A DNA stretch of 52,923 nt from Sphingomonas sp. (GTDB lineage Bacteria; Pseudomonadota; Alphaproteobacteria; Sphingomonadales; Sphingomonadaceae): positions 1 through 52,923 of the forward strand of contig DATLME010000114.1 in the NCBI GenBank assembly GCA_035537395.1. Reading direction: 5' to 3'. Shown in pieces: positions 1 through 10,536 of the stretch. How positions within the stretch are numbered: position 1 is the stretch's first letter; each line of letters begins with the position of its first letter. Both the position numbers and the translations under genes were made by a program. The notes under the pieces are model-generated. The model saw only the letters and a list, made by a program, of their open reading frames with translations, was not told the DNA's origin and ran no database searches.

Positions 1-1
1 G

Positions 2-424
2 GGCGAGGACGAGCAGGCGGTGCAGAAGATGTTCACCCCCGAATTCCGCAATCGCCTCGATGCGATCGTGCCGTTCGGGTATCTGCCGACCGAAGTGGTC
101 GCGCGGGTGGTGGACAAGTTCATCCTTCAGCTCGAACTGCAACTGGCCGACCGCAGCGTCCACATCCAGCTCGACGACGCGTCGAAGGCGTGGTTGACCG
201 AGAAGGGCTATGACAAATTGTACGGCGCGCGGCCGATGGGGCGGCTGATCCAGGAGAAGATCAAGCAGCCGCTGGCCGAGGAACTGCTGTTCGGCAAGCT
301 GGTGCACGGCGGCGAGGTCACGGTGAAGATGAAGGACGGCGCGTTGTCGTTCGCGATCGAGCCCGCCGCGCCGAAGAAGCCCAAGAAGAAGGGTGGCCGG
401 AAGGTCGTCACCGACGTCGCCTAG
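2..424 (+). CDS. clpA: ATP-dependent Clp protease ATP-binding subunit ClpA, C-terminal part (5' end outside window)
   Basis: FTPEFRNRLDA and GYDKLYGARPMGRLIQ motifs of the Clp AAA+ D2 small domain; PLAEELLFGKL is typical of ClpA; frame open from base 2. Confidence 0.9.
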   Translation, partial: GEDEQAVQKMFTPEFRNRLDAIVPFGYLPTEVVARVVDKFILQLELQLADRSVHIQLDDASKAWLTEKGYDKLYGARPMGRLIQEKIKQPLAEELLFGKLVHGGEVTVKMKDGALSFAIEPAAPKKPKKKGGRKVVTDVA

Positions 425-439
425 CCTTGCGGGCGCAGT

Positions 440-467
440 GGGAGGGGGCGTGCTCGCACCCCCTCCC
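440..467. terminator. hairpin between convergent clpA and PEP-CTERM genes, probable terminator
   Basis: GGGAGGGGG (440-448) pairs with CCCCCTCCC (459-467); no U-tract. Confidence 0.5.
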
Positions 468-496
468 TACCTGCGGACCCCCTCCGCTGGAATCGA

Positions 497-1021
497 TCAG
501 GCGGTAACCACCGCGCGGCTGCGCCGGCGCAGCGTGGCGCCGAGCCCCAGAAAGCCGAGCGCCATCATCCCCCAGGTGCTCGGTTCGGGCACGGCGGCGA
601 TGTTCAGCGACAGTCCGCCCGCATTGTCGCCGAAGCTGCTGGCCGCGTCTGCGATCGCGAAGGTGACCGCGGTCGGCGCGGCAAAGGTCAACGTCAGCGG
701 ACCGTCCTCCGAATAGGCGGCAAGTGCCGCCGCCTGCGTCGCGAACCGCGCATAGCCCTCCGGGTTGAACAGCGTCGTTACGCCATTGGCGGTATAGGTG
801 TAGTAACCAACCCATGGTTCGGGGTTGCGGTTGATGTCGCGCGCGGACCAGGCCGTGTACATGTCTGACACGAGTGAAACGGTGTAGGTACCGGCTTCGA
901 AGGCATAAGTCGCACTGGACGCGCTGTAGTCGGTTGCACTCAGATCGAGCGTCGCGGCAAGCGCCGGCACGGGAGCAGCGAACATCGTGGCTGCGACGAG
1001 CAGCCGGTTTAATTTGATCAT
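497..1021 (-). CDS. PEP-CTERM (PEPxxWA-type) exosortase-sorted surface protein
   Basis: signal peptide MIKLNRLLVAATMFAAPVPALA; C-terminal VPEPSTWGMMALGFLGLGATLRRR (motif, TM helix, basic tail). Confidence 0.9.
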   Translation of the reverse strand: MIKLNRLLVAATMFAAPVPALAATLDLSATDYSASSATYAFEAGTYTVSLVSDMYTAWSARDINRNPEPWVGYYTYTANGVTTLFNPEGYARFATQAAALAAYSEDGPLTLTFAAPTAVTFAIADAASSFGDNAGGLSLNIAAVPEPSTWGMMALGFLGLGATLRRRSRAVVTA

Positions 1022-1274
1022 CGGATGAACCCCTTTGTCGAAAGATATCAAGCCGACGTGCCTCAGCAACGCTGGCCGATATCCTATAGGTTCCGATTAG
1101 AAGATCCTGCAACGTCCGAGAGAGGGTGCATTGTTCCATTATCGGACTCGGTGCATCCTATGCCAAAGTATCTTGATCGAATGATGCGCCCCGGCAGATC
1201 GATGCGGCCGGCGACCGGCGCAGACTGCGGCCGCGTTTACCAATAGTTCGCGACCCTGGTCGTACCGCTCCCCG

Positions 1275-2954
1275 ATGGGATTGGTGATGGTGACTCGGTG
1301 GATCGTCGGGCTGCTGCTGGCGTTCGGCGCCATCGGTGCTGCGCCGGCGTTGGCCGCGCCCGGCATCCCGCTGTCGGTCTGCATCGCACGCGCCGCGCCC
1401 GGAACGGTCGCGTCGCGGGGTTTTGCGAGCACCGCACGGTTCGATTGCACCACCCGGCAGCCGCGCTTCGGCCGAGGAGATTTCCTCGTCCGATCGCAGC
1501 GGTTGCCGAAGTTGCCGACCGGAAGCGACCTCACTGTTCGCTTCGCGAGCATGTGGCAGAACCGCGTTACCGTGTACGTTCTCTATGCCGACGGCGTGGT
1601 GAGCCGGACCGGCTTCGACAGCCGAAGCGCCGGCCGACACCTCAAACTCGGAGCGATCCTCTCGGTACCGGTCGCCACGCGCGTCGCCGCACCGGTCCGC
1701 ATCCTGTGGCATGTCCAGGGCTCGGCCAATCTGCGCGGCGTAATTGCGGGTGCCGAGATCGCGACCACGGCGGCCGCGACTCGGCGCGAAACGCTTCTCG
1801 CTGCCGCCTATGGCGGGTTCGCAGGCATGGCGATCGCTCTGGTCGTCTATAATCTCGCATTGTGGGGCGCGCTGCGACAACGCTTCCAGCTCGTCTATTG
1901 CGCACTCGTCTTGTGCCTGCTCGGCTATGCCGCGAGTTCGTCGGGCGCACTCGGGCAATGGTGGCCCGATCTGGACAACAACGATCGGCTCCGGATCAAC
2001 GGCGTCCTGCTCGCGGCGTCGTCGGTGCTGGTCCTTGCCTTCGCGCGTAGCTTTTTCGAGTCGCGGGTGTTCGCCGGCTGGCTCGGCCGTACAACCAGCT
2101 TGGTAATGGCGGCGCTCGGCACCGGATCGATCGCGTTTGCGCTGCTGTCGCCCTGGTACATGGTGGCGACCGATCGTCTCCTGATCGGAGGGTATCTCGC
2201 CCTGATGGCGCTGGTGCCCGCGATCCTGTGGCGGGCATGGCGGCTGCGCAGCAACTACGTTTACTTGTTCACGCTGGCTTGGGGCGCGCCGATCTGTTTC
2301 GCCGGCATGCGCATCGCCAGCGCGTTCGATCTGATGCCCTGGAGCTTCTGGCTCGACAATTCGACGCTGATTTCCATGATGCTCGAGGCGATGCTATCGA
2401 GCCTGGCGATCGCCTACCGGATCCGCGTGCTCAGCCGCGAGCGCGACCAGGCGCGCGAACAGGAAATCGCCGCCCGCCTCCTCGCCGCCACCGATCCACT
2501 CACCGGCTTGCTGAACCGCCGCGCGTTTCTCGAAGGCGCGATCGGGCGCGAGGGCGACCAGCGGCTGTTGCTCGCCGACATCGATCACTTCAAGCGAGTC
2601 AACGAGACTATCGGCCACGACGGTGGTGACGAGGTGCTGCGAGTCTTCGCGCGCGCGCTCCGCGCCTCCGTCCCCGCGGACGCGCTGGTCGCCCGGCTAG
2701 GTGGCGAGGAATTCGCCATCATCGCCCCCGCGAGTGCCGGGCTGTCGGCAAGCGCCGTGCTCGACCGGCTGCGCGCCGAACGCATGCCGTTCGATCTGTC
2801 GGTGACCGCCAGCATCGGCACCTGCACCGGGCCGCTCACCCGCGAGGTCGACTGGAAGGAACTTTACCGCCGCGCCGATCGCGCCTTGTTCGAGGCCAAG
2901 TCCGCCGGTCGAGACCGCGCGCGCGACGCGGCGGGGTTGTCGTTCGCTGCCTGA
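1275..2954 (+). CDS. membrane diguanylate cyclase (7TMR-DISM-type sensor plus GGDEF)
   Basis: extracytoplasmic N-domain, about 7 hydrophobic helices, TDPLTGLLNRR, DIDHFKRVN, ARLGGEEF. Confidence 0.88.
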   Translation: MGLVMVTRWIVGLLLAFGAIGAAPALAAPGIPLSVCIARAAPGTVASRGFASTARFDCTTRQPRFGRGDFLVRSQRLPKLPTGSDLTVRFASMWQNRVTVYVLYADGVVSRTGFDSRSAGRHLKLGAILSVPVATRVAAPVRILWHVQGSANLRGVIAGAEIATTAAATRRETLLAAAYGGFAGMAIALVVYNLALWGALRQRFQLVYCALVLCLLGYAASSSGALGQWWPDLDNNDRLRINGVLLAASSVLVLAFARSFFESRVFAGWLGRTTSLVMAALGTGSIAFALLSPWYMVATDRLLIGGYLALMALVPAILWRAWRLRSNYVYLFTLAWGAPICFAGMRIASAFDLMPWSFWLDNSTLISMMLEAMLSSLAIAYRIRVLSRERDQAREQEIAARLLAATDPLTGLLNRRAFLEGAIGREGDQRLLLADIDHFKRVNETIGHDGGDEVLRVFARALRASVPADALVARLGGEEFAIIAPASAGLSASAVLDRLRAERMPFDLSVTASIGTCTGPLTREVDWKELYRRADRALFEAKSAGRDRARDAAGLSFAA

Positions 2955-3022
2955 GCGTTTGGATGCCGATTGTGGGATTAGTCCGCATCGGCTACGATCA
3001 TCATCTGGGCGGAGGTGTAGCG

Positions 3023-3220
3023 ATGCGCGAACGGCGGATGGTTCTGGCAGTGGCTGGCGCGGCGATGCTGCTCCTCGCGGCGCGACATCCTACAGCTGAT
3101 ATCCAGCTTCTCACCCATGATGTCAGCGATCCCGCGCCGCGCCGCCTCCAGGCAGCGGTCGATCTCGGGCTCGTCGGCGTTTCGGTGCTTTACACCTGGA
3201 CGGTCAAGCGCCTGAGTTGA
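3023..3220 (+). CDS. small hypothetical protein
   Basis: GGAGG upstream of ATG 3023; hydrophobic N-terminus. Confidence 0.55.
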   Translation: MRERRMVLAVAGAAMLLLAARHPTADIQLLTHDVSDPAPRRLQAAVDLGLVGVSVLYTWTVKRLS

Positions 3221-3252
3221 TCCCTTCCGGCTCGTTGCTTACAGCAGTGTCA

Positions 3253-4920
3253 ATGAGCGATCCCGACTGGCAGCAGCACTATCGTCACCCCACGCCGTGG
3301 ACGACGACCTATCCTCCGGAGTCGCTGGTCGCGCTGTTCGAAGGCAGCGCTGCCGCGCACGGCCGCGCACCGCTGATCGATTTTCTGGGCCGCCGCTACA
3401 GCTATGCGGCGACCCGCAATGCGGCAGACCGGGTGGCCGGCGGGCTGGCCGCGCTCGGCTATGGCAAGGGTGACCGGATCGGGCTGTTCCTGCCCAATGC
3501 GCCGCACTACCTCGCCGCCTATTATGGCATCCTCAAGCTCGGCGCGACGGTGGTCAATTTCTCGCCGCTCTATACCGCGGGCGAACTGGCGCACCAGGTT
3601 GCCGATTCGGGGACCCGGGTCCTCTTCACGCTCTCGGCCAAGGCGCTGCTCCCGACCGCGCTCGAAGTGCTGGAAACGAGTGATCTCGAACGGCTCGTGG
3701 TCGGCTCGGTTGCGGGCGGACTGCCACGGGGCAAGTCGCTGCTCTACCGGCTGTTCAAGCGCGCCGAGATCACCGCGCGGCCGGACGATCCCCGCGTGAT
3801 CGCCTTTTCCTCGCTGATCGCCAAACGCGCCCCCTGCCCGCCGGCAAGGATCGACGCCGCCACCGATCTGGCGGTGATCCAATATACCGGCGGGACCACG
3901 GGCACGCCGAAGGGAGCGATGCTGACCCACGCGAACATGGCGGCCAACGCGCGCCAGGTGGCGGCGATCGATCCGCATCCGGGTCAGCCCGACCGCATCG
4001 TCGGCGTGCTGCCGCTGTTTCACGTCTTCGCCAACACCTGCGTGCTCAACCGGACGGTCGCCTCCGGCGGCATGATCGTGATGCTGCCACGTTTCGATGC
4101 CGGGCAGACGCTGGCGGCTATCACGCGGACCAAGGCGACGTCGCTGCCGGGCGTCCCTACGATGTATCGTGCACTGCTCGATCACCCGAAGATCGGCGAA
4201 ACCGACTTCACCTCGCTTCGAGTCTGCATCTCAGGCGGGGCACCGCTGCCGGCCGAGGTTAAGTCCGCGTTCGAGGCGCGCTCAGGCGCGCGCCTGATCG
4301 AAGGCTACGGCCTGTCCGAAAGTTCGGGCGTGGTCGCGTGCAACCCATATGAAGGTGAGGGCGAGGCCGGCACCATCGGTCAGCCGCTGCCCGGCACCCG
4401 CATCCGGCTGGTCGACAAGGAAGATCCCACCTGTCCTGCCCCGGCCGGCGAACCCGGGGAGATCCTGGTCTCGGGGCCGCAGATCATGGCTGGCTATTGG
4501 CAGCGTCCCGAAGCGGACGCGGAGGTATTCGTCGACGGCTGGTTGCGCACCGGCGATGTCGGGGTCATCGACGATGCCGGGTTCATCCGCATCGTCGACC
4601 GGCTGAAGGACATGATCGCGGTATCCGGGTTCAAGGTGTTTCCGAGCCAGATCGAAGCCGTGCTCTACCGCCACCCGGCAGTGAAGGAGGCGCTCGTGAT
4701 CGGCGTGCCTGACGATTACCGCGGCGAGCGCCCGCGCGCCTACGTCACGCTTGCCGACGACGCGACCGAGGACGCGGGCGTACTCAAATCCTGGGTCAAC
4801 GCCCAGATCGGCCGCCACGAACAGGTCGACAGCGTGGTCGTCCGCGAGAGCCTGCCCAAGACCATGATCGGCAAGCTCAGCCGCAAGGAACTCGTCGCCG
4901 AGGTACAGGCGGCGGGCTGA
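3253..4920 (+). CDS. long-chain fatty acid--CoA ligase
   Basis: AMP-binding YTGGTTGTPKG, EGYGLSE, GWLRTGD, LPKTMIGK. Confidence 0.92.
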   Translation: MSDPDWQQHYRHPTPWTTTYPPESLVALFEGSAAAHGRAPLIDFLGRRYSYAATRNAADRVAGGLAALGYGKGDRIGLFLPNAPHYLAAYYGILKLGATVVNFSPLYTAGELAHQVADSGTRVLFTLSAKALLPTALEVLETSDLERLVVGSVAGGLPRGKSLLYRLFKRAEITARPDDPRVIAFSSLIAKRAPCPPARIDAATDLAVIQYTGGTTGTPKGAMLTHANMAANARQVAAIDPHPGQPDRIVGVLPLFHVFANTCVLNRTVASGGMIVMLPRFDAGQTLAAITRTKATSLPGVPTMYRALLDHPKIGETDFTSLRVCISGGAPLPAEVKSAFEARSGARLIEGYGLSESSGVVACNPYEGEGEAGTIGQPLPGTRIRLVDKEDPTCPAPAGEPGEILVSGPQIMAGYWQRPEADAEVFVDGWLRTGDVGVIDDAGFIRIVDRLKDMIAVSGFKVFPSQIEAVLYRHPAVKEALVIGVPDDYRGERPRAYVTLADDATEDAGVLKSWVNAQIGRHEQVDSVVVRESLPKTMIGKLSRKELVAEVQAAG

Positions 4921-5064
4921 ACCGAACGCGAAGAAAACGCGACCAGCCACGAGGCACCTGCGTAAGCACCATGTACCTCCGTCGCGTTCGACTTGTTCCG
5001 GAGCGCGGCTGGCTGCGCATCAGCCAACCTTGCCACGTTGGCGGCCATATCGCATAGCGCGCCG

Positions 5065-5304
5065 ATGGAGAGCCCCATCGAGAACCTGTCGTTCGAGGAC
5101 GCATTGAAGGAGCTGGAGCGCATCGTCTCTCGGCTCGAGAGCGGGGATGCCTCGCTCGACGAATCGATCCAGCTCTACGAACGCGGCGACAAGCTGCGTC
5201 AGCGCTGCGCCGAGCGGCTCGATGCGGCCCAGGCGCGGATCGAGGCGATCCGGCTCGATGCCGAGGGCAAGCCGGTCGGCACCCGTCCCTTCGCCGCAGG
5301 CTGA
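5065..5304 (+). CDS. xseB: exodeoxyribonuclease VII small subunit
   Basis: SFEDALKELERIVSRLESG...SLDESIQLYERG; lies upstream of ispA. Confidence 0.95.
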   Translation: MESPIENLSFEDALKELERIVSRLESGDASLDESIQLYERGDKLRQRCAERLDAAQARIEAIRLDAEGKPVGTRPFAAG

Positions 5305-5305
5305 G

Positions 5306-6199
5306 ATGGACACGACTACGCTCGATGCGGCCATGGCCGAGATCGCGGCCGAGATCGACGGCCGCTTCGACGCGCTGCTTCGCGTCCCCGACGATTCACG
5401 GGCCGGTCTGTACCGCGCGATGCGGCATGCCGCGATCGGCGGGGGCAAGCGGCTCCGGCCGCTGCTGGTCTGCGCTACCGCTGATCTGTTTGGCGTCGAT
5501 CGCGATTGCAGCGCGCGGGTGGCGACCGCGATCGAGGCGATCCATGTCTATTCGCTGATCCACGACGATCTTCCGGCGATGGACGACGATGATCTCCGTC
5601 GCGGCAAGCCGACCGTTCACAAGGCGTTCGACGAAGCCACCGCGGTACTGGCCGGCGACTGCCTTCATGCGCTCGCCTTCGAGGTGCTTGCCGATCCCGC
5701 GACGCATGCGGATCCCTTCGTGCGCAGCGAACTGGTAATGGATCTCGCTCGCGCGGCCGGACCCGCAGGGATGGCGGGCGGGCAGATGATGGACCTGGAG
5801 GCCGAGCGCGCCCGGTTCGATCTCGCGACGGTCACGCGGCTGCAGCAGATGAAGACGGGGGCCTTGATCTCGGCATCGGTCGAGGCAGGCGCAATCCTCG
5901 GCCGCTTGCCGGTCGAAGGACGCGTGGGGTTGCGTGGCTATGCCCGCGATCTCGGGCTAGCTTTCCAGATCGCCGACGACCTGCTCGACGCGGAGGGCGA
6001 CGAGGCGCTTGCCGGCAAGAAGCTGCGCAAGGACGACGGCGCGGGCAAGGAAACCTTCCTGTCGCTGCTCGGGGTCGATCGTGCGCGTGCGCAATGTGAG
6101 ATGCTCGTCGACCAGTCGATCGCTCACTTGCACGGGTTCGGCGCGTCGGCCGATCTGCTGCGCCAGGTGGCGCGGTACGTCGTCGCACGCGATCGATAG
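5306..6199 (+). CDS. ispA: farnesyl diphosphate synthase / polyprenyl synthetase
   Basis: GGKRLRP, SLIHDDLPAMDDDDLRRGKP, AFQIADDLLD. Confidence 0.93.
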   Translation: MDTTTLDAAMAEIAAEIDGRFDALLRVPDDSRAGLYRAMRHAAIGGGKRLRPLLVCATADLFGVDRDCSARVATAIEAIHVYSLIHDDLPAMDDDDLRRGKPTVHKAFDEATAVLAGDCLHALAFEVLADPATHADPFVRSELVMDLARAAGPAGMAGGQMMDLEAERARFDLATVTRLQQMKTGALISASVEAGAILGRLPVEGRVGLRGYARDLGLAFQIADDLLDAEGDEALAGKKLRKDDGAGKETFLSLLGVDRARAQCEMLVDQSIAHLHGFGASADLLRQVARYVVARDR

Positions 6200-6212
6200 G
6201 AAGGAACAGTCC

Positions 6213-6719
6213 ATGACCGCGCGCATCGGGGTTTATCCCGGCACTTTCGATCCGGTTACGCTCGGGCACATGGACATCATCCGGCGAGGCGCCAAGCTGG
6301 TCGACAAGCTGGTCATCGGCGTGACGACCAATCCTTCCAAATCGCCGATGTTCACGATCGAGGAACGGATGGCGATGGTGCGTCGCGAGGTCGCGGATAT
6401 CGGTGGCGACATTCATGTCGTCGCGTTCGATTCGCTGCTGATGGATTTCGCCGAACGCGAGGGCGCCCGGATCATCGTCCGCGGCCTGCGCGCGGTCGCT
6501 GACTTCGAGTATGAATATCAGATGGCGGGAATGAACCAGCAGATCAATCCGCGCGTCGAAACCGTGTTCCTGATGGCCGATGTCGCGCTTCAGCCGATCG
6601 CGAGCCGGCTGGTGAAGGAAATCGCGCTCTACGGCGGCGAGATCGCGAAGTTCGTGTCGCCTGCGGTACGCGACGAAATGCGCGCCCGCGTCGACAAGAT
6701 CGGCCGCAAGGGCAGCTGA
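6213..6719 (+). CDS. coaD: pantetheine-phosphate adenylyltransferase
   Basis: YPGTFDPVTLGH, VRGLRAVADFEYE. Confidence 0.96.
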   Translation: MTARIGVYPGTFDPVTLGHMDIIRRGAKLVDKLVIGVTTNPSKSPMFTIEERMAMVRREVADIGGDIHVVAFDSLLMDFAEREGARIIVRGLRAVADFEYEYQMAGMNQQINPRVETVFLMADVALQPIASRLVKEIALYGGEIAKFVSPAVRDEMRARVDKIGRKGS

Positions 6720-6803
6720 CCGCGGATGCTCCGCGCCATGTTCAGATTGGCGCAAGCGCGGATTTGCTTTAAGCGGCGCTCTTTCCGTATCCGGTGGGGA
6801 TCC

Positions 6804-7496
6804 ATGCGCTTCATTGCCCGTCTGTTCGCGTTCATTGCCTGCTTCGTCGCGCTGCCCGCTGCGGCGCAGGTGCTCGAGGCCAACGTCGCCGGCCGCGCCG
6901 CCGCGCCGCAAACGACGGACAAGGCGAATCTCTGGCTGCTCGACCTGTCCGACGGCGGCCGGGTGACGATCTGGCTGCGCCCCGATCTCGCCCCCAAGAT
7001 GGTCGAGCGGATCAAGACGCTGACTCGCCAGCGCTTCTATGACGGGCTGCTGTTCCACCGCGTGATCGACGGCTTCATGGCGCAGGGCGGCGACCCCAAG
7101 GGCGACGGCACCGGCGGCTCGCCGCTCCCCAACGTGCCCGCCGAGTTCAACTATTACCCGCACGTGCGCGGGGCGGTGTCGGCGGCGCGCTCCGACGACG
7201 AGAACAGCGCCAACAGCCAGTTCTTCATCGTTCTCCAGCCGCGCCTGTCGCTCGACAAGAAATACACCGTGTTCGGCCGCGTGCTCGAGGGCATGGCCTA
7301 TGTCGTCGCGATCGAGCGCGGCGAGCCGCCCGCCAACCCGACCCGCAGCCTGCGCGCCTACATCGCCGCCGACAATCCGCCCGCCTACACCGCCGCGCCG
7401 GCCGTCGCCCCTTCCGCACTCGGCGCGCCGGTAACGCTGCCCGGCACCGGCCCGGGCGTCGCCGCGCCCAAAAAGGCCGCTTCGACCACCAAGTGA
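6804..7496 (+). CDS. exported cyclophilin-type peptidyl-prolyl isomerase
   Basis: signal peptide; [30 protein letters not shown]. Confidence 0.92.
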   Translation: MRFIARLFAFIACFVALPAAAQVLEANVAGRAAAPQTTDKANLWLLDLSDGGRVTIWLRPDLAPKMVERIKTLTRQRFYDGLLFHRVIDGFMAQGGDPKGDGTGGSPLPNVPAEFNYYPHVRGAVSAARSDDENSANSQFFIVLQPRLSLDKKYTVFGRVLEGMAYVVAIERGEPPANPTRSLRAYIAADNPPAYTAAPAVAPSALGAPVTLPGTGPGVAAPKKAASTTK

Positions 7497-8518
7497 AGGT
7501 CGAGCTGTTCGATTTCGCGCTGCCGCCCGAGAACATCGCGCTGCGCCCCGCGGTGCCGCGCGACGCTGCGCGGTTGCTGGTGCTCGACGGCGATGGCACG
7601 CGCGATCGCGTCGTCGGCGAGCTCCCGCTCGAGCTTCGCCGCAGCGACCTGCTGGTGTTCAACGACACCCGCGTAATCCCCGCACAGCTCGAGGGACGGC
7701 GCGGCGATGCGCGGATCGGCGCGACGCTCCACAAGCGCGAAGGACCGCGGCGCTGGCGGGCGTTCGTCCGCAACGCGCGGCGATTGCGCGACGGCGATGC
7801 GATCGACTTCGGCAATGGCGTGATCGCGACCGGGCACGATCGTGGCGAGGACGGCAGCATCGCGCTCGATTTCGCGGGTGACGAGCCTGTCGAGCTGCTG
7901 CTCGAGCGCGCCGGGCGCATGCCGCTGCCGCCCTATATCGCGGCCCGGCGCGCCACCGACGCGCAGGACGCCGCAGACTACCAGACCATGTTCGCCGCCG
8001 AGCCCGGCGCGGTCGCCGCGCCCACGGCCGCGCTCCACTTCACCCCCGCGCTGATCGCCACGCTCGAGGCCGCGGGCATCGCCCATGCGACCCTGACGCT
8101 TCACGTCGGCGCCGGCACCTTCCTGCCGGTAAAGGCCGACGACACCGACGCGCACCGGATGCACGCCGAATGGGGCCGCATCGACGCCGCCACAGCTGAC
8201 CGGCTCAACGCCGTTCGCGCGGCAGGCGGGCGCGTGATCGCTGTCGGCACCACCTCGCTGCGACTGATCGAGAGCGCCGCCGACGCGGACGGCATGATCC
8301 GCGCGTTCGAGGGCGACACCGCGATCTTCATCACGCCGGGCTATCGGTTCCGCGGCATCGACGGGCTGATCACCAACTTCCATTTACCCAAATCCACGCT
8401 GTTCATGCTCGTCTCCGCGCTGATGGGACGCGAGCGGATGCAGGCGGCCTATCGCCACGCGATCGAAAGCGGCTATCGCTTCTACAGCTACGGCGATGCG
8501 TCGCTGCTCCTGCCGTGA
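7493..8518 (+). CDS. queA: S-adenosylmethionine:tRNA ribosyltransferase-isomerase
   Basis: [50 protein letters not shown]. Confidence 0.97.
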   Translation: MKVELFDFALPPENIALRPAVPRDAARLLVLDGDGTRDRVVGELPLELRRSDLLVFNDTRVIPAQLEGRRGDARIGATLHKREGPRRWRAFVRNARRLRDGDAIDFGNGVIATGHDRGEDGSIALDFAGDEPVELLLERAGRMPLPPYIAARRATDAQDAADYQTMFAAEPGAVAAPTAALHFTPALIATLEAAGIAHATLTLHVGAGTFLPVKADDTDAHRMHAEWGRIDAATADRLNAVRAAGGRVIAVGTTSLRLIESAADADGMIRAFEGDTAIFITPGYRFRGIDGLITNFHLPKSTLFMLVSALMGRERMQAAYRHAIESGYRFYSYGDASLLLP

Positions 8519-8528
8519 GGTGTCGTCG

Positions 8529-8999
8529 ATGATCCTGCTCGCCCTGTTGCTCCAGGCGACCTCTGCCCCCGCGCGGGTTCCCAGGATGCCGGTCGCGCCC
8601 GCCGGCCCCGGCCAGCCCCCTGCGACGATGGTGTTCGAGCCCGTCGCGATGGCGATCGCTGGCTTCGACGCCGATGGTGACGGAAAGACGACCGCTGCCG
8701 AGCTCGACGCGGGAGTGGCGCGCACCTATGCGGCGATCGATACCGGACGTACCGACCGCCTCGGCTTCATCGCCTACGCTGACTGGGCGGAACGCTGGCT
8801 CGGGGACCGGCACGCCTTGCCGAGCCCGTTCGAAGTCGACGGCGATGGCGACGACAAGATCTCGCGGACCGAGCTCCAGACCCAGTTCGCGCGCACCGCC
8901 GTCCGCTTCGACCGCGACAAGGACAAGGTGCTCACCCGCGCCGAGCTGCTCACGATCCGCGCCGTGGCGGGCGGCGAGCGCCCGCGCAAAGGCCGCTGA
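8529..8999 (+). CDS. EF-hand domain protein, probably exported
   Basis: Ca-loop-like [36 protein letters not shown]; hydrophobic N-terminus. Confidence 0.75.
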   Translation: MILLALLLQATSAPARVPRMPVAPAGPGQPPATMVFEPVAMAIAGFDADGDGKTTAAELDAGVARTYAAIDTGRTDRLGFIAYADWAERWLGDRHALPSPFEVDGDGDDKISRTELQTQFARTAVRFDRDKDKVLTRAELLTIRAVAGGERPRKGR

Positions 9000-9003
9000 C
9001 GCC

Positions 9004-10137
9004 ATGCCGCGGTTCGCTTTCACGATCGCAGCGACCGATGGCGCGGCGCGCACCGGCACGATCGCGATGCAACGCGGCACGATCCGCACGCCCGCGTTCA
9101 TGCCGGTCGGCACTGCAGCCACGGTGAAGGCGATGAAGCCGGCCGACGTCGCTGCCGCAGGCGCGGACATCATCCTCGGCAACACCTATCACCTGATGCT
9201 GCGGCCGGGCGCGGAACGCGTCGCTCGGCTTGGCGGGCTTCACGCAATGATGGGCTGGTCGCGGCCGATCCTTACCGACTCGGGCGGCTACCAGGTCATG
9301 AGCCTGGCCGATCTGACCAAGCGGTCGGAAGAGGGTGTCGCATTCAAGTCCCATCTGGACGGCACTCGTCACCTGCTCAGCCCCGAACGCTCGATCGAGA
9401 TCCAGCGGCTGCTCGGCTCGGACATCGTAATGGCGTTCGACGAACTGGTGCCGACCACCTCCACCCCCGAGGTCCAGTCCGCGGCGATGGAGCGCTCGAT
9501 GCGCTGGGCGCGGCGTAGTCGCGCCGCATTCGACGACGGCGGCGCACATGCCGAGCGCGCCGCGATCTTCGGTATCCAGCAGGGCGCGCTTGATGAGCAG
9601 CTGCGCCGCCACTCCGCAGACGCATTGATCGACATCGGGTTCGACGGCTATGCGGTCGGCGGGCTCGCCGTCGGCGAGGGCCAGGAGGCGATGTTCGCCT
9701 GCCTCGACTTCGCGCCCGCCCAGCTCCCCGTCGAAAAGCCGCGCTATCTCATGGGGGTCGGTAAGCCCGACGACATCGTCGGCGCGGTCGAGCGCGGGAT
9801 CGACATGTTCGACTGCGTCATGCCGACGCGTTCGGGGCGCACCGGGCAGGCTTTCACCCGGACCGGGCCGATCAACCTGCGCAACGCGCGCTTCGCCGAA
9901 GATCAGGGGCCGCTCGATCCCGCCTGCGCCTGCCCGGTTTGCACGACCTGGACCCGCGCCTATGTGCATCATCTCGTTCGGTCGGGTGAGATCCTTGGCG
10001 CGATGTTGATGACCGAACACAATGTCTGGTTCTACGAACGCTTGATGGACGATCTGCGCCACGCCATTGCAGCAGGTGAACTGAGCGGGTTCGCGCACGC
10101 GTTTCGCGCGAGCTACCGCGGCGTACGAGGAGAGTAA
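9004..10137 (+). CDS. tgt: queuine tRNA-ribosyltransferase
   Basis: [33 protein letters not shown], Zn site CACPVC. Confidence 0.97.
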   Translation: MPRFAFTIAATDGAARTGTIAMQRGTIRTPAFMPVGTAATVKAMKPADVAAAGADIILGNTYHLMLRPGAERVARLGGLHAMMGWSRPILTDSGGYQVMSLADLTKRSEEGVAFKSHLDGTRHLLSPERSIEIQRLLGSDIVMAFDELVPTTSTPEVQSAAMERSMRWARRSRAAFDDGGAHAERAAIFGIQQGALDEQLRRHSADALIDIGFDGYAVGGLAVGEGQEAMFACLDFAPAQLPVEKPRYLMGVGKPDDIVGAVERGIDMFDCVMPTRSGRTGQAFTRTGPINLRNARFAEDQGPLDPACACPVCTTWTRAYVHHLVRSGEILGAMLMTEHNVWFYERLMDDLRHAIAAGELSGFAHAFRASYRGVRGE

Positions 10138-10138
10138 G

Positions 10139-10324
10139 ATGGCCGACGAACCCAACGAGATTCTGGCCGCGGTCGCGAACGCCAAGGCGCGCGAAAGCGG
10201 CGCGGCAAAGACCAGCGATCCTGCCCGCAAGAACCGCTGGCCGATGCGGATCATCGGCGTCGGGATTGGCTCGGCCGCCGTCGCCGCCGCTGTCCTCTTC
10301 GCCAATTCCGGCAAGAAGGACTGA
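10139..10324 (+). CDS. small membrane-anchored hypothetical protein
   Basis: starts right after the tgt stop with AGGAG upstream; C-terminal GVGIGSAAVAAAVLFA helix. Confidence 0.6.
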   Translation: MADEPNEILAAVANAKARESGAAKTSDPARKNRWPMRIIGVGIGSAAVAAAVLFANSGKKD

Positions 10325-10357
10325 GGCTCCCAAGGGCACCGACTTCCATCTTTCCTG

Positions 10358-10387
10358 CGTCACCCCGGACTTTTTGCGGGGTCCACC
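10358..10387. repeat. degenerate half of a CGTC-type REP-like palindrome
   Basis: CGTCACCCCGGACTTTTTGCGGGGTCCACC resembles the left arms at 22158 and 36538. Confidence 0.4.
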
Positions 10388-10536
10388 GCGCCGCAATCGG
10401 GGCCTGGCGATCCTGCCCTCCCGGTGCTCCGTGAAACGGATTTGGTGGGTAAGTAGCTGTTTGCGGCAAGGTCGCCCCAATTGACTCGCACGAGCCGCTC
10501 GGCTCCACATGCGCCCGAATCTTTGGAGAATCGCCG

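Noticed and set aside
8674-9003. Long N-terminal extensions for tgt, and likewise ispA, coaD and xth, in the ORF track
   Set aside because: They overlap upstream genes; family homology starts at the downstream ATG
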